A stretch of DNA of 64,000 nucleotides from an uncultured Gemmatimonadaceae bacterium (GTDB lineage: Bacteria > Gemmatimonadota > Gemmatimonadetes > Gemmatimonadales > Gemmatimonadaceae). The stretch lies in NCBI GenBank assembly GCA_963716745.1, contig OY970320.1, positions 704,001 to 768,000 of the forward strand. The letters are read 5' to 3'. Of this stretch, positions 11,581 through 24,225 are shown in pieces. The position numbers and the translations under genes are program-made. The notes below the pieces were generated by a model. It made no database searches, was not told where the DNA came from, and worked only from the letters and a program-made list of their open reading frames with translations. How positions within the stretch are numbered: position 1 is the first letter of the stretch; every line of letters starts with the position of its first letter.

Positions 11581-11639
11581 GGCGAGGAATCTCGGCGAGC
11601 GCGCACGCGCTCGCCAGCGTTCGAGCGGGCGCCGTACGC

Positions 11640-13598
11640 TCAGCGCGGCGCTTGCGGCGGCGGTGGATTGGGCGGCCGGCCCTTGAACACGGGAGCGCTC
11701 ACGTTCAACGACTTGCCGGCCGAGTCGCGCTGCGCGCGCGCGCTGTCGTCGATCGCTTTCATGATCTTGTCGACGTTCACCGTGGGGAGCGCGGCACCCA
11801 CCGAGCGGCGGGATGGCGGCGTGACCTGTTCATTGTCCTGCGCGGCGGCGGCCTTGGCCGGGCGTTCCGGCGGCGGCGCGGGCGGAGGCGGCGCGGGGTC
11901 CACCTTCTGCTCGGGCGCCGACTGGACCGCGGCGCTGTCCTTCACGATCGGGCCGACCGCTTTCGCGGCGAGCGAGGTCTCGGGCGCTTTCGCGGCCGTG
12001 ACGGGCGCCGGCAATGCCGCGGCACGCGCCGCGAAGGCGCCCCGTCCGTAGAGGAACCACGCGCCTGCGCCCGCAGCGACGATCGTCGCGGCCGCGGCGT
12101 ACTTGAGCCACGGGCGGCGTGAATGCAGCGGCCAATCCTCGAGGCTCACTTCGCGCCGCTCGCTCGTGTACTCCTCGTGATGCTCGATGCGGGCCGATGG
12201 CACCGTCGTGAGCGAAGTGCTCTGCGTGAGCAGGCTCGCGTACGTTTCACTCGGCGTACGCGACGCGACGCCGTCGCTCACGGCGGGAATGCGCGCGACC
12301 CGCTCGTTGGGATTCACGGGACCCGTCGGCCCCTCGACGCGCGGCGGAGGCGTGAAGCCCGGGCGGTTCATGACCACCGGCGACGTCGGCGCCTCGATCC
12401 ACGGCAATGACTTCGACTTGGTGGTCGTGGAGAGCGGCGCGGCCACCTGAGCCGGCGGAGCGGCGGCCATCGGAGCCGCCGGCGCCGCGGGCGGACCGGG
12501 CGGTGCGACGCGCGGAGCCGGCGGGGCCGCGGGCGGCGCGGCGGCCATCGGCACGCTCGCGGCCGGAGGGACGACCGCTGCGGGTGGAGGCGGCGCAGCC
12601 GCGGCAGGCGCGATCGCGGGCGGCGCCAGTGGCGTCACCGGCGGCGCGGCCGGCGGCGTCACACGGCGCTCGATGCCGGCACTCGGCGAGTCGATGCGCA
12701 GCCGCGGCTGGTCGGGCGTGGGCATGGCGGTGTCGACTTTGTGATACTCGCCCGAGATCTCGCCCAGCTGCACCGTCTCGACGCTCACGCGGCGCAGCTC
12801 GAGCGTCGCGCGCGACGCAGCGGCGGCCGGATGGTCCGCGCCCATCGACGCTTCGCGGATCTCCACCGCACGGCGCCGCAGGTCCATCTCCTCGTCGCGC
12901 TTCCCGCGCGCGCCGCAGATCTCCGCGAGCGTCTCGAGCGCCGTGGCGATCGAGGGATCGTTCGGCACGTGGATCTTCTCGCGGATCGCGAGCGCGCGGC
13001 GAGCGAGCTGCTCGCCCGCATCGTACTCGCCCTCGGCATAGCGAACCTTCGCGAGGCTCGTCAGGATGGCCGCGACCTCGGGATGACTCGCGCCCAGCGC
13101 CTCCTGCTTGATCGTGAGCAGGCGCAACAGCAGCGGCGCGGCCGCCTTGAAATCGTTCCGGCGGAAATAGAGCCGCGCGAGGTTGTTGAGCGTCACGGCG
13201 ACATCGGGATGCGCCTCGCCCAGCGCCTGTTCGCTGATCAGCAGCGCGCGGCGGAAGAGCGGCTCTGCCTGCTCCAACTCGCCGCGCGCATAGTGCAACG
13301 CCGCGAGATTGTTCAGGTTCTGCACGAGGCCGAAATGCTCGGGGCCGAGTACCGTCTCGCGGATCGCGAGCGAGCGCCGGAACAGCGCCTCCGCCTGCGC
13401 GAGATCCTTCTGCTTGTACTTGAGCTGACCGAGGTTGCTCAGGCTGGAGGCGAGGCGCACGTTGTCGCCGCCGATCGCGGTCGCTTCACGGATGGCCGCG
13501 ACGAACGCCTGCTCGGCGTTCGCGAAGTCACCCTGACTGAAGTACCGGCGGCCGGCCTCGTTGTGGGCCTCCCAGCGCGCCTCGATCGAATCGGTCAT
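11640..13598 (-). CDS. Tetratricopeptide-repeat protein with Pro/Ala-rich linker and C-terminal TM segment
   Basis: Repeated HPxVAxxLNNLA-type TPR units, a long P/A-rich region, and the hydrophobic [18 protein letters not shown] segment. Confidence 0.85.
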   Translation of the reverse strand: MTDSIEARWEAHNEAGRRYFSQGDFANAEQAFVAAIREATAIGGDNVRLASSLSNLGQLKYKQKDLAQAEALFRRSLAIRETVLGPEHFGLVQNLNNLAALHYARGELEQAEPLFRRALLISEQALGEAHPDVAVTLNNLARLYFRRNDFKAAAPLLLRLLTIKQEALGASHPEVAAILTSLAKVRYAEGEYDAGEQLARRALAIREKIHVPNDPSIATALETLAEICGARGKRDEEMDLRRRAVEIREASMGADHPAAAASRATLELRRVSVETVQLGEISGEYHKVDTAMPTPDQPRLRIDSPSAGIERRVTPPAAPPVTPLAPPAIAPAAAAPPPPAAVVPPAASVPMAAAPPAAPPAPRVAPPGPPAAPAAPMAAAPPAQVAAPLSTTTKSKSLPWIEAPTSPVVMNRPGFTPPPRVEGPTGPVNPNERVARIPAVSDGVASRTPSETYASLLTQSTSLTTVPSARIEHHEEYTSERREVSLEDWPLHSRRPWLKYAAAATIVAAGAGAWFLYGRGAFAARAAALPAPVTAAKAPETSLAAKAVGPIVKDSAAVQSAPEQKVDPAPPPPAPPPERPAKAAAAQDNEQVTPPSRRSVGAALPTVNVDKIMKAIDDSARAQRDSAGKSLNVSAPVFKGRPPNPPPPQAPR

Positions 13599-13667
13599 CC
13601 AGACTCCTCCACTACACCAATGGACGCGGTTGCTCGGCCGCTGTAACCCCGTTAAGCAGCCCCTAAT

Positions 13668-13922
13668 CTAGTCCCAGGAACTTTCGACCGAGTACTCGCG
13701 ACCTTTTGACACGCCAACGAGCGTGCGCCCGAACACAAGGTGAACCGCCGCCAGCGCGAGCACTACGCAGCCCACCGAGATCCAGCTCACGACCGACTCC
13801 GTTCGATCCATCCCTTCGCCGTTCGGCCACGTGAGCCAGGCGATGAACAGACCATAGGCGAATCCCAGTCCGCCGATCACCGCGAACGCTCCCAGCGCCG
13901 CCAGGTTCGCGAACTTCTGCAT
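13668..13922 (-). CDS. Small two-TM membrane protein, hypothetical
   Basis: ATG at 13922 preceded by GGAGGG; MQKFANLAALGAFAVIGG... It is fused to the upstream gene in the ORF track only because of an upstream frameshift. Confidence 0.7.
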   Translation of the reverse strand: MQKFANLAALGAFAVIGGLGFAYGLFIAWLTWPNGEGMDRTESVVSWISVGCVVLALAAVHLVFGRTLVGVSKGREYSVESSWD

Positions 13923-13933
13923 GGATCCCTCCG

Positions 13934-16802
13934 TTAGGGCCGGTACGTCAGCGCGACGTAGACGCGCGCTTGATCTCTCCAAGCGCCCTTGAACGCATAG
14001 CCGACACCACCGGCGACGCGAACGCCCGGCAGCCGGGCGAACCAGAATGCCGTCGGTGGAATAACCCGTCTCGACTCCCACGACTTGCTCCCACGCGCCG
14101 AGATCCGAGCCGGCGCTGCCAGCCCAGAAATACGGCCTCAGGCCGAATATCGGAAGGGCGGCAGAAACGGTGGCCATCCGCTTGCCGACCTGTACGCCCG
14201 CCGGAATCGCCGGCATTGCGATCCGCTGCGAGTAAAGCGCGTCGTCGATGAAGGGCGGTGCCGAGCCGCCCAGGGAGAATTGTTCGAATGCGGCGTTCGC
14301 ATTGCTCATCTCACCGAATTGCCCGCTCAGCTCGACGCCGATGAGATCGGTGCCGCCCGAGAGCGTGAGCGCGGTGGTGTACCGCGTCCACGACTCGCCG
14401 TTCGTGCGCCCCGCGCTCGCCGAGAGCGCGATCGCCGCCGAAACGGTGCGGGTCTCGAAGCTGTGCGCGAATACTCCGCGATAATCCGCGAAGGCGAGAT
14501 TCCGCTCGCTCCAGCCTGGATCCGAATCGGCGAACGACGCGACGGACCCGCCCGCGTTCAGACGCTGCTTGTTGGTGATATAGTCGCGCGCCCACGTTCC
14601 CTTGAGAAGGAAACCAGTGCTCCCCGCGTCGAGCACGTCCGGTGCTGCGAAGCCCCACTGCAACGCCGGATCGTTCCGCCAGGTGAACCACTCGCCGAGC
14701 ACCTCTATCGGCCAACCGCGCCACGCGGCTGCTGCTGAGCCGCCATCCCAGCCGCCCTTGGTGCCGATCATTCCTTGCGCGACCCACGTGAGTTTCCCCA
14801 CGGGATCGAGTCCGCTCAGCATGAGTCCGGCGCTGGACCCGTCCGCGCCATAGAGGAAACTCGGCAAAAATCGCAGGCTGCGCGGTCCCAGCCCGTATGG
14901 CTTGGGCGACAAGCCGGCCACCGGGAATGTGTCGGTGGCAACCGGTGGCGCGCGCACCGCCGGAGCGAGCGCGAGATCGAAGGACGGCGCCGCGCCTGGA
15001 GCCGCGCTTCGTTCCACTCGAGCGAGATCGTAGCCGTGCGGCGTGAGCCGCGTGAAATACACCGAGCTGTCGCCGCGCGATGGCTCCGGCGCGCGCACCG
15101 CCGAGATGACGCGCGTGAGCGGCCGCGCGCCGCCGGTGGCGAGGTCGATCTCCTCGACGTTCGGCACGCCGCCGGCCTCGGAGACGACGAGCAGCCGCTT
15201 TCCATCCGCGCTCCACGCGGGATCGTAGCGGTTCGCGCCATCCGCGGGACCGATCTCTCGCACCGCGCCGCCGGTGACGTCCATCAGCACCACGCGCCAG
15301 GCGCCGTCCGCATGGCGCGCCGCCGCGATCGTACGGCCGTCGGGCGAGATGCGCGGACGCAGATAGGTCACGCGTGGCGCGCCCGCGGCGATCGTCGTGA
15401 TCGCACCCGTCGCGAGGTCCACGCGCACCACGCTGCAGATCCCGTCCACGCAACGGTCTGCGACGGCGCCGCGGCCGTCGGGCATCGCGTCGGCGTGCAG
15501 GATGCCGCCCGCGTGCGTGATCCGCTTCACGCGATCGCTCGCCGGCTCCCACATGAACAGATCGCTGCGCGATACGCCGTCGCCGGGGCCGGTCGCGCGC
15601 GTCACGAGCAACCGTTTCCCGTCCGGCATCCATCGCGGCACGAAGAAGGACGCTCCGCCCTGCGGGTAACGCGTGTTCGCCGCCTTCAACGGCGCCGGCC
15701 GCCACGGGATGCCGGCGACATCGAGCGAGTCGCGCTCGTGCGCCTTGGCCGCGCGATGCGCGGCGCCGGTGTCGGCGCTCGGATGCAGCGGCCAGATCAC
15801 CACCGTGGTCGGATCGGTGGGCGAATCGCGCGTGAGTGCCACGAACGAGTCGTTCGGCGAGATGGCCGGCGCGCCGGTGAACCACGTGAGTCGCTGCACC
15901 GTGCTCGGCGCCGTGTCGGGCGTGATGATCGCTCGAGCCGCTACCGCGCGCACGGTCACGTCGGCGGTGAACTGGCCGTACAATTCCGCCGGCGGCGCCC
16001 CGAACACGCCGGCGAACGCCTCGTTGAAATCGCGATCGATGCGCGCGCTCATTCGGCGCCACACGTGCGCCAGGCTCGAGTCGCTCTGCCCCGGCCGCGC
16101 CACGAGCCACTCGAGATACGCGGACCCGACGAGGTACGCCATGTTCCCGCCGAGGAATCGCTGATCGCCGTTGAGCTGCGCGTACGTCGGGAGCTGACCG
16201 CTCAGCGCCCAATCGCGCAGGATCGCCGCGCGCCACGCGCTGTGCGGGCGTCCGCTTCCCGTCACGCGGCCCTCGATGAACGTCGCGTACCCTTCGATGA
16301 CCCACCGCGGCGAGCGCTCGGCGACCGGTCCGAGGTCCAGCGCCCACCCGAGCGACGGGAATCGTCCTTCCCCGCCGCGCGGTGCGATGGACAGATGCGC
16401 GATGTGCGCGTATTCGTGCACCGAGAGCAGGTCGCCCCAGCCGCGTGAATCACCGGTGCCACTCGTGGGATCGGGCGGTGTCGGCCAGAAGAACACCACC
16501 GGCGCGTGCAGGAACGGGAGGGCGAACCCGTTCGCCATGTTGTTCGGATCCTCGACGATCACCGTGACTCTCGCGCGCGGCGCGTTCCCGACCATCGCTG
16601 AAACCGCGGCGTACGCGCCGTCGATCCGCGCTGCCATGTCGAGGGCCCACGCTTCCGCGCGCCGCGGATAGAGCACGGTGAAGTGCTTCGTCTCGACCGA
16701 TCTCCATTCGAGGCTCGGCGTGACGATGCCGTCCTGTGCGCCGGCCGCGAGCGGCGCGAGCACCAGCAGGAGCACGCACGCGACCGGCGTGGGGATCCGC
16801 AT
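13934..16802 (-). CDS. Secreted protein: HExxH metallopeptidase-like domain + TolB/PD40 beta-propeller + probable C-terminal beta-barrel region (frameshift near 14040)
   Basis: Signal peptide, HEYAH...WVIEGYA, repeated PxWSxDG/PRISPDG motifs, and alternating beta-strand C-terminus ending LTYRP-stop at 13934. Confidence 0.75.
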
Positions 16803-16865
16803 GGCGACAATGATGGCGGCGCGCGGTGCTTCCAACAACCGCCGCCGCTGTTAGTTTGTGGTGGC

Positions 16866-17333
16866 ATGCAACTCGACTCCCTCATTCGAACCCTCCCCAA
16901 CGGCGCGTGCCCGCTGAGCGATGTCGCGACGGCGGGTCAGATCTCCCGGGCGCAGGTGGCCGAGATCGCGGCCGCGGGCGTGAAGACGGTGGTCGATACG
17001 CGCGCCGAGTCGGAGCCGCGCGGCTTCGATGAAGCGCCGGCGATTCGCGCGGCGGGCATGGAGTACATCCTCATCCCCGTCACGCCCGCGACACTCAATG
17101 ACGCGGTGTACGACCGGTTCCTCTCGGTGATGCGCGATCCCGCGCGCCGCCCCATGCTGGTGCACTGCGCCAGCTCGAATCGCGTGGGCGGGCTGCTCCT
17201 GCCGTACTTCATTCTCGACGAGCGGCTCGACGAACAGGCGGCGCTCCAGCTGGCGCAGGAGGCGGGGCTGCGCAGTCCGGAGTACGCGTCGATGGGGCTC
17301 GACTACGCGCGCCGCCACGCGAAGGCGGGCTGA
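16866..17333 (+). CDS. DUF442/Blh-like sulfurtransferase (PTP-fold, CX5R)
   Basis: AGQ...GVKTVVDTR...HCASSNR motif; abuts the downstream MBL-rhodanese gene. Confidence 0.8.
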   Translation: MQLDSLIRTLPNGACPLSDVATAGQISRAQVAEIAAAGVKTVVDTRAESEPRGFDEAPAIRAAGMEYILIPVTPATLNDAVYDRFLSVMRDPARRPMLVHCASSNRVGGLLLPYFILDERLDEQAALQLAQEAGLRSPEYASMGLDYARRHAKAG

Positions 17334-17338
17334 CCGCC

Positions 17339-18766
<1,428 letters not shown>

Positions 18767-18822
18767 TGCATCGTACATCGTGCATCGTGCGTCGATGCAC
18801 GCGGCACGATGGACGATGCGCG
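18767..18822. repeat. CATCGTG-type heptamer inverted repeat between convergent genes
   Basis: gcatcgtacatcgtgcatcgtgc...gcacgatggacgatgc. Confidence 0.75.
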
Positions 18823-18824
18823 TA

Positions 18825-19625
18825 TCATCCCAGCGCGCGCTTCTTGAACGTCCGGATCCCCATCGACCAGAAGAGCGCGTTGATCGCGACCAGTCCCGCG
18901 AGCGAGGCCCAGACCGGCATGTGGGGGAGCGACGGCGTGAGCGTGCCGCGAAGACCCTCGGCCACGTACACGAGCGGATTGATCAGCACGATGTACTTGA
19001 GCACCGGCACGATGCTCATGGCCTGCCACGGATAGTACGCGCAGCCGAAGAAGATCATCGGCGTGAGGATCACGCCGAACATCAGGCCGATCTGCTCAGG
19101 ATTCAGGACTGTTCCCAGCCAGAGCGCGAACGTCGAGAAGGCGCCCGCGCCGAGCAGCGTGAACAGGATCACGAGCGCGAAGTGCGACACCGTGAGTCCC
19201 GCGATCGGACCCATGATCAACCGCGCGACGGGCAGCAGGAAAAGCACAGCGATCAGCCCCGCGACCGAGCCCCAGAGCACTTTCGTGAGCGCGAGATACT
19301 GCATGTCGATCGGGGCGAGCAAGCGGTCCTCGATCTCCTTCGTGACGCCGAAGTCCACGATCATCGGGAACGACACCGACATCATGCTCGACAGCATCAG
19401 GCTGATCGCGCAGATGCCCGGCAGCAGTGCGCCCCCGTATCCGCCCTGCACGAACCCCATGCGCGGCAGCATGAAGCCGAAGACGATCACCACGAGCAGC
19501 GGCTGGAGCGTCGTGCGCAGCAGGAAGAAGGGCAGCTCGCGACGCGCCACGCGAAGCTCGCGGCGGCAGAGCGCGCCGAAGATCCACAGCGTGCCCTTGC
19601 GCTCGGGCAGAGCGGCGGTGGTCAC
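18825..19625 (-). CDS. ABC-2 type exporter permease
   Basis: Six hydrophobic segments, KEIEDRLLAP and INPLVYVAEGLR; the GTG start overlaps the ATPase stop. Confidence 0.88.
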   Translation of the reverse strand: MTTAALPERKGTLWIFGALCRRELRVARRELPFFLLRTTLQPLLVVIVFGFMLPRMGFVQGGYGGALLPGICAISLMLSSMMSVSFPMIVDFGVTKEIEDRLLAPIDMQYLALTKVLWGSVAGLIAVLFLLPVARLIMGPIAGLTVSHFALVILFTLLGAGAFSTFALWLGTVLNPEQIGLMFGVILTPMIFFGCAYYPWQAMSIVPVLKYIVLINPLVYVAEGLRGTLTPSLPHMPVWASLAGLVAINALFWSMGIRTFKKRALG

Positions 19626-20597
19626 TGGAGCTTCCTCCCGGTGAGCGAGATGAACAGCGTTTCGAGACTCGGTGGTGCGAGAATGGATATCCGCCACCGT
19701 GCGGCCGCTCTGCTCCGCCGCGCGCACGAGCGAGGCGACCGATTCGCCGGCGCGCTCGGCGTACACCCTCGCTGTGTTGCCGTCCGCTTCGGCGCGCAGC
19801 ACGCCCGGCAGCGCACGCGACGAGGCCGCGAGCGCCGCGGCGTCGCCATCGAGCGTGATCTCAATGAGCGTGCCGCCGGGCGCGCGCGACTTGAGCGACG
19901 CCGGCGTGTCTACCGCGAGCAACTGGCCGCGATCCACGATCGCGACGCGTTCGCACAGCTCGTCCGCCTCTTCCATGTAATGCGTCGTCATCACGATCGC
20001 GCGCCCCTGCGCGTGGAGTCCGCGCAGGATGTCCCACAGATCGTGACGCGCCTGCGGATCGAGACCCACCGTGGGCTCGTCGAGGAAGAGCACTTCGGGT
20101 TCGTGGATGAGCGCGCGGGCGATCATCATGCGCTGCTGCTGCCCGCCGGAGAGCTTGTCGACCTTCACGTCGGCTTTCTCGGCGATCTGGAACTGTTCGA
20201 GCAACGCCGACGCGCGCGGATCCGCCTCGCGATACGGGATGCCGAAGTACGCCGCGTGGAAGATGAGATTCTCGCGCACCGTGAGCTGACGGTCGGCGTT
20301 CGGCCGCTGCGGCACGACGCCAATGCGTCGCCGCACCTCCACCGCGTCCCGCAGCACGTCGCGGCCGGCCACGGTGGCCGTACCCGACGTGGGCAGCACG
20401 CGCGTCGTCAGGATCCCGATGGTGGTCGTCTTCCCCGCCCCGTTCGGCCCGAGCAAGCCGAAGAATTCGCCGCCCCGCACCTCGAGGTCGAGCGCGTCGA
20501 GCGCGATCACGGGCTGCGCCGCCGGTGACTTCTTCTTCCCGCGCACGGTGGGCGCATCGTACACCTTCCGCAGCGCTCTGGTCTCGATCGAATTCAT
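19622..20597 (-). CDS. ABC exporter ATP-binding protein (DrrA-like); frameshift near 19680
   Basis: GPNGAGKTT, LSGGQ, FLDEPTVGLD and TTHYMEEA; the C-terminus PSLETLFISLTGRKLQ is in another frame. Confidence 0.92.
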
Positions 20598-20652
20598 GGC
20601 GCTCAACTTATCGCAGGTGCGAACGCGGCGAAATGCGTGCATAGTATCCACC

Positions 20653-21876
20653 ATGCTCACCATCAAGATCCTCGCCCTCGCGACGCTCCTGCTCAAGCCC
20701 GCTCACGTGTTCGATGGCACCGCCATGCACGACGGCTGGGTGGTGCTCGTGCGCGGCGACCGCATCGCCGCCGTCGGCCCCGCGGCGCAGGTCGGCGCAC
20801 CCGCCGATGCCACGGTGATCGATCTCCCCGGCATGACCCTCATGCCCGGCATGATCGAAGGACATTCGCATCTCTTCCTGCATCCCTACAACGAGACACC
20901 ATGGGATGTGCAGGTGCTCAAAGAGCCGCTCGCCCTACGCACCGCGCGCGCGGTGACTCAGGCGCGCGCGACGCTCGTGGCCGGCTTCACGAGCGAGCGG
21001 GACCTCGGCACGGAGGGCGCCGGCGACGCCGACGTGGGACTCAAGATGGCGATCGAGCAAGGGATCATTCCGGGCCCGCGGCTCATCGTCGTCACGCGCG
21101 CGATCGTCGCCACTGGATCGTACGGTCCCAAGGGATTCGATCCGCGCTGGGATGTGCCGCAGGGCGCGCAGCAGGCCGACGGCATCGAAGGCGTCACGCA
21201 CGCGGTGCGCGAGCAGATCGGCAAGGGCGCTGACTGGATCAAGGTGTACGCCGATTACCGGTGGGGCCCGAACGGCGAGACGCGGCCCACGTTCACCCAG
21301 GAGGAGCTGACGCAGATCGTGCTGGTGGCGCGCAGCTCCGGACGACCGGTGGCGGCGCATGCGTCGAGCGCCGAAGCGGTGAAACGCGCGGTGCTCGCCG
21401 GGGTCGAAACCGTGGAACACGCGGACGGCGGCACCGCCGAGACGTTCGCGCTCATGGCGCAGAAGGGCGTGGCGCTCTGTCCGACGCTCGCCGCCGACGA
21501 CGCGATCGCGCGCTATCGTGGATGGAAGGCCGGCGTGGACAGCGAGCCCGCGATGATCACCGCGAAACGGGCGAGCTTCAAGCTCGCGCTCGCCGCCGGC
21601 GTCACGATCTGCATGGGCGGCGACGTGGGCGTGTTCACGCACGGCGAGAACGTGCGCGAGATGGAATTGATGGCCGCGTGGGGCATGTCACCGCTCGCTG
21701 TGCTCCGCTCGGCCACATCGGTGAATGCCAAGGTATTCCACATCGACGACAAGGTCGGCTCGATCAAACCGGGGCTGCTCGCGGACCTCATCGCCGTGGA
21801 AGGGGATCCGAGCACGAACATCAAGGCGCTGTGGAAGGTGAAGCTCGTGATGAAAGGCGGCGAGATCATTCACTAG
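20653..21876 (+). CDS. Amidohydrolase family protein (Xaa-Pro dipeptidase-like)
   Basis: PGMIEGHSHL, GADWIK, VAAHA, VEHA, GGDVG and GLLADLIAV motifs. Confidence 0.9.
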   Translation: MLTIKILALATLLLKPAHVFDGTAMHDGWVVLVRGDRIAAVGPAAQVGAPADATVIDLPGMTLMPGMIEGHSHLFLHPYNETPWDVQVLKEPLALRTARAVTQARATLVAGFTSERDLGTEGAGDADVGLKMAIEQGIIPGPRLIVVTRAIVATGSYGPKGFDPRWDVPQGAQQADGIEGVTHAVREQIGKGADWIKVYADYRWGPNGETRPTFTQEELTQIVLVARSSGRPVAAHASSAEAVKRAVLAGVETVEHADGGTAETFALMAQKGVALCPTLAADDAIARYRGWKAGVDSEPAMITAKRASFKLALAAGVTICMGGDVGVFTHGENVREMELMAAWGMSPLAVLRSATSVNAKVFHIDDKVGSIKPGLLADLIAVEGDPSTNIKALWKVKLVMKGGEIIH

Positions 21877-21880
21877 CAGA

Positions 21881-21982
21881 GGCGCGTATAGCGTCTAGCA
21901 CGACAACGGCGCGTGTAGTGGCTGGCGAGTTCCCCCAGTCCCCACACGCGCCGTTTCAGTCGTACCAGCCGCTATACGCGCC
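21881..21982. repeat. Nested inverted repeat / long hairpin between convergent genes
   Basis: ggcgcgtatagcg (21881-93) pairs with cgctatacgcgcc (21970-82); aacggcgcgtgt (21905-16) pairs with acacgcgccgtt (21944-55). Confidence 0.8.
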
Positions 21983-22020
21983 GTTCAAGTCCTACGACGC
22001 ACGACTCATGACTCACGCCG

Positions 22021-22386
22021 TCAGTTTTCAAACGTCTGCATCAGATTGCTAGACATGTCCCACGACACGCTCGTCGCATTGATCAGCGTGAACACCTGGG
22101 ACGTCATCTTCTTCCCGCCATTGCTCTGCGCCACGAGCGTGAACTTGTCCGTCGCGTTCGTCGGCGCGTACTTGAACGTGATCTTCTGACCGGGACTCAC
22201 GTTGCCGAGCGTCTGCCTGAACCCGCTCGCGCTCACGATGTACACCGTCACCTGGCCCGGCGGCTGGAAATTGTTGTTCACCACGATCTGAACCTGAGGG
22301 CTGAGCGACACATCGCCGGCCGGCTGCGGCTTGCTGCATCCGATCGCGGCGGCCGCGAGCGCAACGAGTGCCAACGTTTTCCTCAT
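22021..22386 (-). CDS. Hypothetical lipoprotein (beta-sandwich-like)
   Basis: MRKTLALVALAAAAIGC lipobox; beta-rich mature part. Confidence 0.75.
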   Translation of the reverse strand: MRKTLALVALAAAAIGCSKPQPAGDVSLSPQVQIVVNNNFQPPGQVTVYIVSASGFRQTLGNVSPGQKITFKYAPTNATDKFTLVAQSNGGKKMTSQVFTLINATSVSWDMSSNLMQTFEN

Positions 22387-22389
22387 GGG

Positions 22390-24066
22390 CTATCTCCTTC
22401 GGGGTTCCGGCGTTCCCTTCATCGGGGGCGCCGCAGGTTTTGCCGACTGATGCTCGGCGACGACGAACAAGTCGTGCTGGCTCGGGACCTGTCGCAGGAG
22501 CTTGAGCGCGATCTCCAACTGCGTATCATCGGCGAGCTCACGCCGCTTCGCCGTAGAATCGCCGAACGCGAAGCGCGCGACGCGGTCGCCGATCAGGCGG
22601 TCCACTTCGGGCGACGCGCTGTCGTACACCGCGCGATCGACTCTGACGCCCGCCGCCGTCAGTTGCGTGTAGAACGTGTTGCGCCACGCCGGCGTGACGG
22701 TGAAATCGGGCTTGACGCTATCCTTCATCACGATCGAGAAATTATACAGCGTGATGTAGAACTCCTGCGATTTCGGCGTCACGGCCTTCAGGAATCGTTG
22801 TTCCACCGACGTCAACGTATCGGGTTGCACGATGACGTCGGGCGTGATCGCGCCGCCGCCCAGCACCGTGCGCCCTGCATCACTGTGGAAGACAGGGCGG
22901 ACCTTCTTCGCCGTGTCACCGCCGGCGGGACATACGGGCTTCACGACCGTGTTGTCGGTCACGGAGGGACAACCCGGCACTGAATCGGGCTCCTCCACGA
23001 GTTCCCCGTTCACGATCTTGCGCTCCTTCTGGATCGAGCGGCCGCTCGGCGTATACCACTTCGCCGTCGTGAGTTTCAGCGCCCAGCCGCCGTCCAGTTG
23101 ATACAGCGACTGCACGAGCCCTTTCCCGAAGCTCGTCGTTCCTACGACCAGCGCGCGATCGTGGTCCTGCAGCGAACCGGCCACGATCTCGCTCGCACTC
23201 GCCGTGTAGCCGTTGATCATGACCACCAGCGGGATCGACGGCGCGATCGGCGCCGCCTTCGCGAGGAAGTTCTCAGGCGGTCCTTCCCGGCCACGCACGC
23301 TCGCGATCTCGAGCCCCGGCTTCAGGAAGAGATTGCTGATCGTGATCGCCTCGCCCACAATGCCGCCGCCGTCGTCACGCAGGTCGATCACCATGCTGCG
23401 CGCGCCCTGCGCCTGCAGCTTCGTCACCGCGTCCGTCACTTCCTGCGCCGCCGTCTCGTTGAATTGCAGCAGCGGGATATAGCCGGTCTTCCCATCGAGC
23501 ATGATCGCGAACGGCACCGCCGGGATGCGGATCACCGCGCGCGTGAATTTCATCGGGATCGGCTGCGGCACGCCGGGACGCGAGAAGGTCACCGCGACGG
23601 TCGTGCCGGGCTTCCCCTTCAGCGAGTCGGTCACCTGCACCAGCCGCCAGCCGCGCGTCGAGCGATCGCCCACCGCGACGATCCGGTCGCCCTCATGCAC
23701 GCCGCCATTCTCCGCGGGCGTATGCGGGTACACGCGGCTCACGACGACGGTGCCTTCCTGGTCCTCTACCAGCATGCCGAGTCCGCCGTAGCGTCCGCCG
23801 GTGCTGGCCGTGAACTCGTCCAGCTCCTTCGGCGAGTACAATGCGGCGTACGGATCCTGGATCTCGCGCACGAGTCCGCGCGCGGCCTTCTCGTAGAGAT
23901 CGCCGGTGCCGATCGAATCGACATAGCGCATCGACACGTACTGGAGCACTTCGTCGAACAGCCGCGCCGAGTCACGCTCCTTGCGCGCGCCGAGGACGAA
24001 TCCTCCGGCGACGAGCGGCAGGGCGACGGCGGCGGCGATGGTGAACTGGCGGATGCGCGGGGACAT
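22390..24066 (-). CDS. S41 family C-terminal processing protease (CtpA/Prc-like) with PDZ domain
   Basis: DPY, GGLG PDZ loop, IDLRDDGGG, TASASEIVAG, SFGKG and TPSGRSIQK motifs. Confidence 0.93.
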   Translation of the reverse strand: MSPRIRQFTIAAAVALPLVAGGFVLGARKERDSARLFDEVLQYVSMRYVDSIGTGDLYEKAARGLVREIQDPYAALYSPKELDEFTASTGGRYGGLGMLVEDQEGTVVVSRVYPHTPAENGGVHEGDRIVAVGDRSTRGWRLVQVTDSLKGKPGTTVAVTFSRPGVPQPIPMKFTRAVIRIPAVPFAIMLDGKTGYIPLLQFNETAAQEVTDAVTKLQAQGARSMVIDLRDDGGGIVGEAITISNLFLKPGLEIASVRGREGPPENFLAKAAPIAPSIPLVVMINGYTASASEIVAGSLQDHDRALVVGTTSFGKGLVQSLYQLDGGWALKLTTAKWYTPSGRSIQKERKIVNGELVEEPDSVPGCPSVTDNTVVKPVCPAGGDTAKKVRPVFHSDAGRTVLGGGAITPDVIVQPDTLTSVEQRFLKAVTPKSQEFYITLYNFSIVMKDSVKPDFTVTPAWRNTFYTQLTAAGVRVDRAVYDSASPEVDRLIGDRVARFAFGDSTAKRRELADDTQLEIALKLLRQVPSQHDLFVVAEHQSAKPAAPPMKGTPEPRRR

Positions 24067-24225
24067 GAGCGGAGGGTGAGGCGTGGACGTGCGGCTCTCC
24101 CGCAGAATAGCGGATCGAGGGCGGCGGCGGAATGGTCCGCGTCGCGTGTACTTATAAGACACCGGACGCCCTAACGAAGTTTCAGGCCGCTCGCGCCCGC
24201 GCGGCCGCGCCCGTATCCTCAGGCC

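Noticed and set aside
12440..12670. GC-rich low-complexity DNA repeats
   Set aside because: Explained by the Pro/Ala-rich linker of the TPR protein.
13668..16838. 1056-aa single ORF in the track
   Set aside because: Artificial fusion caused by a frameshift near 14040; the small downstream gene has its own SD and ATG at 13922.
18825..20696. Apparent ATPase-permease fusion (623 aa)
   Set aside because: A frameshift near 19680 hides the ATPase's normal C-terminus and stop, which overlap the permease GTG.
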